Below, piece after piece: positions 9,838 through 18,037 of a stretch of 38,984 nucleotides of DNA (positions within the stretch are counted from its first letter, which is position 1; each line of letters starts with the position of its first letter). The stretch comes from a virus (taxonomy: Duplodnaviria; Caudoviricetes): positions 1 to 38,984 of IMG/VR virus record IMGVR_UViG_3300016472_000307. One strand, written 5' to 3'. The position numbers were made by a program, and so were the translations under genes. Below the pieces are notes generated by a model. It was not told the origin of the DNA, did no database searches, and saw only the letters and a list, made by a program, of their open reading frames with translations.

Positions 9838-9993
9838 ATGAAAAAAACAACAAAAAACATTAAAATTTCAGTAGAATCACATACCAAATTAAAAAAATAT
9901 TGTGATGGTAACGGAATAAAAATCTATAAGTTTTTAGAGAAACTTATCGAACAAAGTTGTTCCAAAAAAAAAGATATTTACGGGGAAGATTAA
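9838..9993 (+). CDS. Small ribbon-helix-helix-like DNA-binding protein
   Basis: Below the ORF-track cutoff: MKKTTKNIKISVESHTKLKKYCDGNGIKIYKFLEKLIEQSCSKKKDIYGED* (51 aa). The KNIKIS strand followed by two helices fits the RHH pattern. Divergent from the sheath gene. Confidence 0.65.
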   Translation: MKKTTKNIKISVESHTKLKKYCDGNGIKIYKFLEKLIEQSCSKKKDIYGED

Positions 9994-10035
9994 TTGAGAT
10001 GTCTAGACAAGATCTCTAACACAAAGAGTGTTTGT

Positions 10036-10158
10036 TTATGTAGGAATAATAGAACTTTTTGGTGTTTGAGTAGGCGTTTCAGTATTTGTTGGTGTTGGAG
10101 TAGTTTATGGATAACATGAATAACTTGTTCTAACTATTACTTTTTTAGGTAGCGCCAT
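10036..10158 (-). pseudogene. Remnant second copy of the 12716-15478 gene
   Basis: Reads MALPKKVIVRTSYSCYP*TTPTPTNTETPTQTPKSSIIPT*. The first eight residues and the stop/start junction match those at 15478. Confidence 0.75.
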
Positions 10159-11364
10159 TTATGTGTTTTTTTGATAAGTGCCCGTTTGCCAATATGTGTT
10201 ACCACTGAGGACTTTGGTAATACTAGAGGTTATGTCGTCTTCGTAAAAATATTTTATATTATTAATATCAGAGAAATTTACAGTTTGTCCCGTGTAAGGA
10301 GATATGTTTAGATAATTAGCTATCTTATCCATTCGTATTGCAACACCAACTTGATAACCCAAATTAGTCCCATCGCCAATCTGATAAATTGCTGCGGTAA
10401 TTCCTACATATTTATATGTACCACCAAAATTAGCAATTAAAGGTTCACCACAACAGAAGCCCCACGACGGATAGGCACAAACGAGTCCTGAAGGGGTGGT
10501 TGTTCCACTAGCCTGAAAGTATAATATATTTTCAAAATTAACAATACCATAATTACTACCTAACCTACATTCACCTTGACCACACACTTTTAATTTAACT
10601 ACCCCCTGACCACGCCCACCGCCACCCCCACAAGAAGCCCATAGGTACAAACCCGACCCTAGAAGACTATCAATTTCATTAGAATTTGCAAATTCAATAT
10701 AATTAGTTATTCCAGTTAAACCATATGGTTTCCAAGAAACAGAGGAATCAAAATCGGAGGAGCTAATAGTAATCAGTGATACATTAACGTCATTAAATTT
10801 AGGAACTCTTTTTAACATCGAAATTTTTTTAGTAACCCCAATGAAATCGTTACCTTGGCTAAATGTCGGATCACTAAACGTAGGTAGACTCCAATTGGCA
10901 CAAAGTTCATCAGGATTCGTTTGGCTATAACAAACCAAACCAACAACAGAGTTTGTGTCATTATCAACACAAATCATCCCTAAAGTACTTTCACTATTTA
11001 TAGTATTTTTAAGTCTAAGACCGCCCTGCAACGGTCTAATTCGGCCACCACTAGGATTTGTTCCAGCAGTATACGAAAAATAGTTTGGGCAATATTGAGA
11101 ATTATCGGTTGATGTTAATCCTGTTGGAACTCCAGTATACTGACGGTATAATTGATTAATCGACGTACCAGACGGGACATTATTTGTTAGGACACCATTA
11201 GTGTATGATGTATTAAACTCATTAACAGAAACACCACTTATTTGATCAAATAAAGTCACAGAGCAATCTTCATTTTCAAAATAAGAAGGTGTCATTTCTT
11301 GAAACCCCCGAAAAAACTGATAATTATAAATTGGTGGTACTGAAAATTTCGAAATATTCATCAT
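10159..11364 (-). CDS. Degenerate trypsin-fold (Nal1-like) protease paralog, catalytic residues lost
   Basis: Shares IRPLQGG, TLGMICVDNDTNS, SWKPYGLTG, ISPYTGQTVNFS and YWQ.G.YQKNT with 15479-16744. TNSHV is replaced by VCYSQ and GDSGS by FCCGE; the N-terminus is unrelated. Confidence 0.75.
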   Translation of the reverse strand: MMNISKFSVPPIYNYQFFRGFQEMTPSYFENEDCSVTLFDQISGVSVNEFNTSYTNGVLTNNVPSGTSINQLYRQYTGVPTGLTSTDNSQYCPNYFSYTAGTNPSGGRIRPLQGGLRLKNTINSESTLGMICVDNDTNSVVGLVCYSQTNPDELCANWSLPTFSDPTFSQGNDFIGVTKKISMLKRVPKFNDVNVSLITISSSDFDSSVSWKPYGLTGITNYIEFANSNEIDSLLGSGLYLWASCGGGGGRGQGVVKLKVCGQGECRLGSNYGIVNFENILYFQASGTTTPSGLVCAYPSWGFCCGEPLIANFGGTYKYVGITAAIYQIGDGTNLGYQVGVAIRMDKIANYLNISPYTGQTVNFSDINNIKYFYEDDITSSITKVLSGNTYWQTGTYQKNT

Positions 11365-11407
11365 AATTTTATGTTTTGTAAAATATTTTAATATTACAGA
11401 ATCGTTT

Positions 11408-12712
11408 TTAGAGATTGGGAATAAATTTGTAATAAGACGCCATGGTTTTATTGATGTTTATGTTATAAGATCCTGCCTGCCAATAAGTATTGCCAGATAA
11501 TGATATAGTGAGAGGAGTATTCAAATACGGTACTTGGTAAATAGAAGTACTTGGATTATCAATACAATTTTTACTATCCCCAGACCAAGGTGAAATGTTC
11601 AACAAATTTGAAATTCGGTCTATTCTGCAAATAAGACCTAGCGACCATTCTAGTCCTAAAAAAACACTACTAGCGGCAAAGACTAAACCAACAATTTTGG
11701 GAACACCATCAAAAAAAGCATACACCATAGACCCAGAATCCCCTGGACGAACAACACTCGAACAAATAGTGCCAGAAGGTATTGAAGTGCCAGACGCCAC
11801 ACATGATATTATATCGTCAAAATAAGAAATCTGGCCACCAAACCTGACAGGAACTTGGTACCCAACTTGTACATTACCGATAGAGAACGCATACATTTTT
11901 ATTAATCCCTCACCTTTAGGGCCAGTAGTTCTTCCACTACTATACATTGGGTTTCTTGTTGAAAGTAGACTGTTAATTTCATTTGTCGACGCAAATGTCG
12001 GGGGGGTGGTCAAACCAGTTAAACCTATTTGTTTCCATGAATCATCATTTGTCACAGCACTTGATGGTAGGGTTAATAATGCGGCATCAATATAGTTAAC
12101 ACATTGTCCAGAATAACAAAGCCCTGGTTTCAACATATAAGACCTCTTCACAATACCTAATAATTTATTAGATAATATTTGGTCTTGATACACAAATGGT
12201 CTTACATAGTTTACTAACGAAAACGCGTCGTTAAACCAATGATAACCTTTACCAAAAGAAGAACCAATATCGTTTAAATATTGTGTTTCATATGGTGCGC
12301 TACACGAAATAACGTGAAGATTTGTAACACCAACCAAGGTATTATCTTGATTGTCAACAGCAACAAACCCCATAGTTCCAAGACCACAATTTGTTGCAAT
12401 TTGAGTTCCTCCACGAATAGGTCTTCTATAGAGTTGATTTTGCGAAGGATTATTAGAAATAGAACATAAGGCTAGTGGTATAGGTAATTGGATTACATCG
12501 GTTTCAAACACTTGACCATCAAGGTCAAGTTGTTTTGGAATGACTTGATTTTCATTCAATTCTGATAATTTTTTTTTCTCTAAAACATAGTATTGAACAC
12601 ATAATTTATTTGTAATTAGGCCGTTTATAATCTTAAAACCGTAGCTAACACTGTGAATATTTTCATCAGTGTTTATAAAAATGTTATTGAGGTGTTTTAA
12701 ATCAAGTGTCAT
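11408..12712 (-). CDS. Trypsin-fold serine protease (Nal1-like)
   Basis: Triad motifs TNLHV, IDAAL and PGDSGS; N-terminal domain SYGFKI.NG...YV.EKK..SEL...VIP...TDV; ends FIPNL. Confidence 0.85.
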   Translation of the reverse strand: MTLDLKHLNNIFINTDENIHSVSYGFKIINGLITNKLCVQYYVLEKKKLSELNENQVIPKQLDLDGQVFETDVIQLPIPLALCSISNNPSQNQLYRRPIRGGTQIATNCGLGTMGFVAVDNQDNTLVGVTNLHVISCSAPYETQYLNDIGSSFGKGYHWFNDAFSLVNYVRPFVYQDQILSNKLLGIVKRSYMLKPGLCYSGQCVNYIDAALLTLPSSAVTNDDSWKQIGLTGLTTPPTFASTNEINSLLSTRNPMYSSGRTTGPKGEGLIKMYAFSIGNVQVGYQVPVRFGGQISYFDDIISCVASGTSIPSGTICSSVVRPGDSGSMVYAFFDGVPKIVGLVFAASSVFLGLEWSLGLICRIDRISNLLNISPWSGDSKNCIDNPSTSIYQVPYLNTPLTISLSGNTYWQAGSYNININKTMASYYKFIPNL

Positions 12713-12715
12713 AAT

Positions 12716-15478
12716 TTATGAGATATAGAAATATGTAGTTCCTGATGAAACTGGGCAATTTATGTTATTATCGTTGTTGCAAATGTTTAAATTTTCATAG
12801 TAAGTTCCGTAATAGTAATCTATAAAATTAAACTGTGGAGGTAAATTAGCGGCAGGAACAACTACAAAAAATTGCCAACAACAGGGTAAAATTAAATTTG
12901 GAATACCATACGGATTTTCTAAAAAAATAGTTCCCTTACCATTTTCCAAAACTTCTATGTGATTAATTCTGACCAAAATAGCCCAAGTATTTTCATATGA
13001 AAAACATGGAAAAAAATACGCAATAACGTCAAACGAAGAACACAAACTTACAGAAGTAATTGTGTTACCACTATTTTCCCAATAAATTACATAAGAAGGG
13101 GTTGATCTATTGGCCGTAAAATAAAAAGCTTGATATGAATTAGAAGCACGTAACACTGGCTGTTCATTAGAAACATTATAAATTTTGTCTCCAACCGTTA
13201 AAGTGTTAAGCGGCTTTAATGAATAATAATCATTTGATAATACGGTGTTTATATCGCCAACACTTCCACAAGCATCGTATGGGGTCATACTCACATTTTG
13301 AACCCCCCAAAGACTGTATTTAAACCCTTGACTTGGACTAGGGGTCATAGTATTGGTCATGGTCGGTGTTGGTGCCATTGGTGTTGGTGTTACCAAAACA
13401 GAGCATAAAGCCACAGATGTAATTGTAGACACTGTGTTACTCCACCATACTACGTATTTAGGCGTAGACATGTCTTGTGTTGCCGAAAAGGCTCTGTATC
13501 TATTTGCAAAACTTATTATCGGAGTATTATCTATAATATAATAAATAACATCACCAGGACTTAGTTGATTGAGTGGTTTTACTGAATACGCATAAAGGAT
13601 TGCGGTCTCAGTGGTTAACTCTTCACAAGCAACGTTTGCACTGTTTGAACCTCCGGCTGAAAGTATACCATATAAAAAATATTTAACACTAGAAGAAGTA
13701 TTAGTCAAGGTGGGTGTAATAGATCTTGTTGGTGTTAGTATGGGAGTTTCAGTTGGAGTTACTGTTTGTGTCGAAGTGAGTGTTGGCGTTATTGATGGTG
13801 TAAGACTAATAGTGGGCGTTATTGAAGGTGTGTTTGTTAAAGTAACAGACGGTGTCAAGGTATTAGACGGGGAGTTTGTTAGTGTAGGAGTTATCGAACC
13901 TGTTGGTGTTATAGGGGTTGATGAGGGGGTCAAATTAGGTACATGAACAAAAATGTTTGTGAAAGAGATACAAAAAGAACCACAGGTGCCCAAAGAAACT
14001 ATAGAATAACTATCGGCAACAACTATCGTATATGCCACGGCACATATCGTAGTTGTTTGTCTTGAAACTAAAGATATTGACAATACGGTTGGTTGTGATG
14101 TACACGCTGAATATATTAATAATAAAGGTTGTTCAGAACTTGATGTGTTGGTAATTTGATAATTGTAACACGTATAAGTATAAGTTTCACAACCTGAAGT
14201 AGAGGTAGAAGAAGGAGTAGGAGTAGTTGTCGGCGTTGATGTTGGAGATGATGTTAACGAGGGGGTTGGTGTAGGAGTTATGGAACTTGTTGGTGTTAAT
14301 GCTTGAGATGGTGTTACAGAGGGTGTTGGAGTATTTGTTGGTGTGTTTGTGGGGGTAACTGTATTACTCGGTGTAACGGATGGGGCTAGAAGATCAAAAG
14401 TTAAATTTTGAGGTGACCCGATCAAAGAAACCGCATAAGTAATAATTGAGGTTGGATCATTATTTTGTTGGGTAATCTCAAATCTCAATCGATCACCCGT
14501 ATTTACCTCAAAATTGATTACATTAGTCCCATAAAAATCAAATTCTGAGCTTGTGTTTAAACTAACAAATAAGTCATATGAACTTACATTTTGTGTAGAT
14601 AATATTGTAAAAGTACCCGTATAATCAACATTTATTGTACGAACTACAGGAGAATTCCTAACCGCTTGAACTGTTAGATCAAATACACCTTCATTTACAG
14701 GGAATATTTTTCTTTTTCGATTGATTGGTTTGAAATTTGTTTCGAAAACATTCAATACTCTTGATACCGCAGGAGCCACCTCGAATTTGTCTTGATCTAA
14801 AATAAATCCCAACATAGTGAAATCATAATTCTGAATGTAAAATCTACGTTTGTCGATTTGAGTTACAGATTCATCAGAAATGTTTGAATTTATAATCGGA
14901 ATGAAATGACCGTTAACTTTTGTGTAAGCTTGACGAGACGCGAAAGTTTGAATTACATTTTTATTGAACTCGTTGAGTTCTCTCATACGATTACAAATTA
15001 TTTTAACGTTAAATGAAATATCAACAGGTACTGGTTGGGGAATTTTATAAATGTCTAATCCCTTTGTGTTACCATTCCAAGTTGGGACCGCGGCATAAAA
15101 GAATTCTTTTTGATTTGGGATATTATAAAGTGTTGCTGGATTTGTACCATATTTAACTTCAGGAACTCTAACTACAGTAATAAATGGCGGTTCTGTGTTA
15201 CCATTCAAATCTTGAAAAGACCACGTTTGTGTAAATTGAGCCCAATTTTGTGTGGTAATAAGAATGTCAACAGTAGGTATAATCTTACCATCAACGATTG
15301 TTTTTAACTCGTTTTTTACAAAATCCAAAAACCCCCTATCTAAATCAGCATAATCTAAATTCTTTGGAAGGTATGTACCATCATTTGTGATGTCCTCCAA
15401 CAATTGTTCTCTTCTCTCCAATAATATTTTTGGAGGAACTAAATTAATATTTGGTATTACTTTTTTGGGTAACGCCAT
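12716..15478 (-). CDS. Putative tail-completion/terminator protein fused to Pro/Thr linkers and Cys-rich modules
   Basis: N-terminal ~360 aa globular phage-type domain (DLDRGFLDFV, PQPVPVDISFNVKI, RRFYIQNYDFTMLG), in the block between the head-closure and sheath genes. About 560 aa of PT repeats and modules shared with the protease genes follow. Confidence 0.55.
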   Translation of the reverse strand: MALPKKVIPNINLVPPKILLERREQLLEDITNDGTYLPKNLDYADLDRGFLDFVKNELKTIVDGKIIPTVDILITTQNWAQFTQTWSFQDLNGNTEPPFITVVRVPEVKYGTNPATLYNIPNQKEFFYAAVPTWNGNTKGLDIYKIPQPVPVDISFNVKIICNRMRELNEFNKNVIQTFASRQAYTKVNGHFIPIINSNISDESVTQIDKRRFYIQNYDFTMLGFILDQDKFEVAPAVSRVLNVFETNFKPINRKRKIFPVNEGVFDLTVQAVRNSPVVRTINVDYTGTFTILSTQNVSSYDLFVSLNTSSEFDFYGTNVINFEVNTGDRLRFEITQQNNDPTSIITYAVSLIGSPQNLTFDLLAPSVTPSNTVTPTNTPTNTPTPSVTPSQALTPTSSITPTPTPSLTSSPTSTPTTTPTPSSTSTSGCETYTYTCYNYQITNTSSSEQPLLLIYSACTSQPTVLSISLVSRQTTTICAVAYTIVVADSYSIVSLGTCGSFCISFTNIFVHVPNLTPSSTPITPTGSITPTLTNSPSNTLTPSVTLTNTPSITPTISLTPSITPTLTSTQTVTPTETPILTPTRSITPTLTNTSSSVKYFLYGILSAGGSNSANVACEELTTETAILYAYSVKPLNQLSPGDVIYYIIDNTPIISFANRYRAFSATQDMSTPKYVVWWSNTVSTITSVALCSVLVTPTPMAPTPTMTNTMTPSPSQGFKYSLWGVQNVSMTPYDACGSVGDINTVLSNDYYSLKPLNTLTVGDKIYNVSNEQPVLRASNSYQAFYFTANRSTPSYVIYWENSGNTITSVSLCSSFDVIAYFFPCFSYENTWAILVRINHIEVLENGKGTIFLENPYGIPNLILPCCWQFFVVVPAANLPPQFNFIDYYYGTYYENLNICNNDNNINCPVSSGTTYFYIS

Positions 15479-16744
15479 TTATGTGTTTTTTTGATAAGCA
15501 CCCATTTGCCAATAAACTTTACCATCAATAGTTTTAGTAAGGCCAGAAGACATTGTGTTTTCATAAATATATTGAATATTATTTATATTTGAAAAATTAA
15601 CAGTTTGACCCGTATATGGTGATAAATTTAACTCTTCTGCGACTTTATCTATACGACATGCAATCCCAAAAATTGTTCTACCTGAAGCATCCGTACTGGC
15701 ACCATAAGCTAGTCCAACTATTTTTTTAACACCATTAAAGTCGGCAATAACAACACTTCCAGAATCTCCAGGAGCAATCGGATATTGACAAACTAGACCA
15801 GTTGGCGTAGTTGCACCAGAAGCGACAAAAAGAAAACAATCATTAATAGTAACAAAAGTAGAACCGTTTCCTGTGGGTAAACTATTTTGGCCTATAAAAA
15901 TAATACCAAACTGACCATAAACCTTTAATTTCACAGAGTCTTGACCTTTAGGCCCAGTTCTAGCACCAGTAGAGTAAAGATTTGGATTGGTTATAAATAA
16001 ATTATCAATTTCTGAAGTTGACGCAAAAGTTAAGTAGTCAGTTATCCCAGTTAAACCAAAAGGTTTCCAAGAGACGTTAGGGTCAAATGCGCTCTCAGGT
16101 ATTGTAAAAACCGCGGCATCCGTAAAATTTTTTTTAGGCAAGAAGTCAAATGGTGAATATTTTTTTAAAATACCAATCTGATTGACATTTAATGGGTTTG
16201 AAGCCACTGGTTGTGAAACCACATTATTTACATTTGAAAAAAATACCCAATTTGGACATTTATTAATCGTATTTACGCTCTCACCACATATCACATGTGA
16301 ATTAGTCAAACCAACCAAAGAGTTAGTGTCATTGTCAACACAAACTAAACCAATTGTGCCATACGAATTACCAAATTTTTGCATATTAATTTTTGTACCA
16401 CCTTGAATTGGTCGTATAAAATTTTGATTCGCGGGCGTAGACGCCGTCCAAGAATTCCAAGGTGGTGGACAAAATGTTGAATTACTAGTAGCTTGTACAG
16501 ATTGAAGTAAACTAATACGTACCTCGACAACATCAGTTAAAATATTTTCACCATCTATAACATAATTTAAAGGAATAACTTCGGATTCGGTCAACTCAGA
16601 TAATGGTTTTTTTTTATTTACCAAAAAAACAATAGAAGGTTGAGTAGTGACATTATTTTTTTTAATTTTATAACCGTAAAATATTCCTGAAATGTTCGGA
16701 AACTCAAAATAAATTTTTCTAAGTTGATTAGTAATGTTTTTCAT
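15479..16744 (-). CDS. Trypsin-fold serine protease (Nal1-like)
   Basis: TNSHV, TDAAV and PGDSGS motifs; same N-terminal domain (YGYKIKKN..T.QPSIVFLV.KKKPLSEL...VIP). Confidence 0.85.
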   Translation of the reverse strand: MKNITNQLRKIYFEFPNISGIFYGYKIKKNNVTTQPSIVFLVNKKKPLSELTESEVIPLNYVIDGENILTDVVEVRISLLQSVQATSNSTFCPPPWNSWTASTPANQNFIRPIQGGTKINMQKFGNSYGTIGLVCVDNDTNSLVGLTNSHVICGESVNTINKCPNWVFFSNVNNVVSQPVASNPLNVNQIGILKKYSPFDFLPKKNFTDAAVFTIPESAFDPNVSWKPFGLTGITDYLTFASTSEIDNLFITNPNLYSTGARTGPKGQDSVKLKVYGQFGIIFIGQNSLPTGNGSTFVTINDCFLFVASGATTPTGLVCQYPIAPGDSGSVVIADFNGVKKIVGLAYGASTDASGRTIFGIACRIDKVAEELNLSPYTGQTVNFSNINNIQYIYENTMSSGLTKTIDGKVYWQMGAYQKNT

Positions 16745-16756
16745 ATTATTTAAAAT

Positions 16757-18037
16757 TTATAAATTTGGTATATGTTGGTATACAGTACCAACATAATTTG
16801 GGACATTAACACTATAAGTTCCTGCTTGCCAATACGTTTTATTGTTAATTGTTAATTTAACATCAGATTGTAGAATATTTGAAAAATTAACAACACTAAT
16901 TTGTGTTGTGTCTGTGTAAGAAACCGATTGACCAGTCCAAGGCGAAATATCTAATAAAGATGATATTCTGTCTATTCTACACATAACACCAATCCCAAAA
17001 GATTGACTTAAATAATTGCCTCCAGCAAAAAATAACCCAACAATTTTTGGAATATTATTGAAATAGCCAATAACCGCAGAACCCGAGTCTCCAGGATTAA
17101 TAACATTAGGACAAATACTTCCAGGAGTGACAGTTGTGGCGCTAGCAACAACACCAATACAGTCAGAAAAAAATACAGTTGGACTTCCAAGAGTATATCT
17201 TGGTATTGAGTAACCAACTGAGGTTGTATAATTCGATATTAAAGGAATTAATTTACGTATTCCCTCACCTTTTGGTCCTGTAGTTCTTCCAGTACTATAC
17301 AAAAAAGTTTTATTTTGAACTAAACTATTAATTTCTTGAGTTGTTGCAAAGATTGGTGGTGTCGTTATACCTGTAAGTCCAATTTGTTTCCAAGAGTCTG
17401 TGGAGGTTACTGCCGAAGATGGCAGTGTTAACAATGCGGCGTCAATATAATTAAATAACTGGTACGCCGCAGGAATAAGAGGGTAACTTCTTTTAACTAG
17501 TCCTAAAAATTGTGACGTATTTTGAAAAACGGGTCTATTAACTAAAGTATAATAATCGTTTTTCCAAAAAGGGTTATACACCCCTAACCCATAAAACGAA
17601 TTAAATGGAACATGTTGTGCAATTACGTGTAAATTAGTTACACCAACTAACGTGTTGTCCTGATTATCTACAGCAACAAACCCAAGCGTACCGTCCCCGG
17701 ATTGGTTTGGAACTCCGCCTCTAATTTGAGAGCCGCCTAAAATTGGTCGTCTATATTTTATATTTTCAGAAGGATCACCAAAATTACACGAAAGAATCTC
17801 AGGTGATGGATACTCTACAACATCAGTAGAATAATTTACCCCATCAATTTCAATAGTTTCAGGAATTAGATCGTTAGGATCAATGTCAGAGATTGGTTTT
17901 TTACTAGTTACTCCGAAATGTATAGCTAGTTCATCCAAAATTTTACCGTCTTTTATACGATATCCAAACCCAACAGAGTGTACGTTATCATTGTTGTTTT
18001 GAATCAAATGTGATAATGAAGAATGTGGTGTAATCAT
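16757..18037 (-). CDS. Trypsin-fold serine protease (Nal1-like)
   Basis: TNLHV, IDAAL and PGDSGS motifs; ends HIPNL. I moved the start from 18073 to the ATG at 18037 (MITPHSS), which gives an ATGA overlap with the upstream stop and matches paralog lengths. Confidence 0.85.
   Translation of the reverse strand: MITPHSSLSHLIQNNNDNVHSVGFGYRIKDGKILDELAIHFGVTSKKPISDIDPNDLIPETIEIDGVNYSTDVVEYPSPEILSCNFGDPSENIKYRRPILGGSQIRGGVPNQSGDGTLGFVAVDNQDNTLVGVTNLHVIAQHVPFNSFYGLGVYNPFWKNDYYTLVNRPVFQNTSQFLGLVKRSYPLIPAAYQLFNYIDAALLTLPSSAVTSTDSWKQIGLTGITTPPIFATTQEINSLVQNKTFLYSTGRTTGPKGEGIRKLIPLISNYTTSVGYSIPRYTLGSPTVFFSDCIGVVASATTVTPGSICPNVINPGDSGSAVIGYFNNIPKIVGLFFAGGNYLSQSFGIGVMCRIDRISSLLDISPWTGQSVSYTDTTQISVVNFSNILQSDVKLTINNKTYWQAGTYSVNVPNYVGTVYQHIPNL

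Noticed and set aside
9996-10016. Small imperfect palindrome GAGATGTCTAGACAAGATCTC
   Set aside because: It is short, imperfect and single-copy, so it cannot be distinguished from chance.
13353-13946. Plus-strand Val/Gly-rich ORFs (also 34481-34855 and 18824-19441)
   Set aside because: They are antisense shadows of minus-strand genes; the Val/Gly bias is the reverse complement of Thr/Pro codons.
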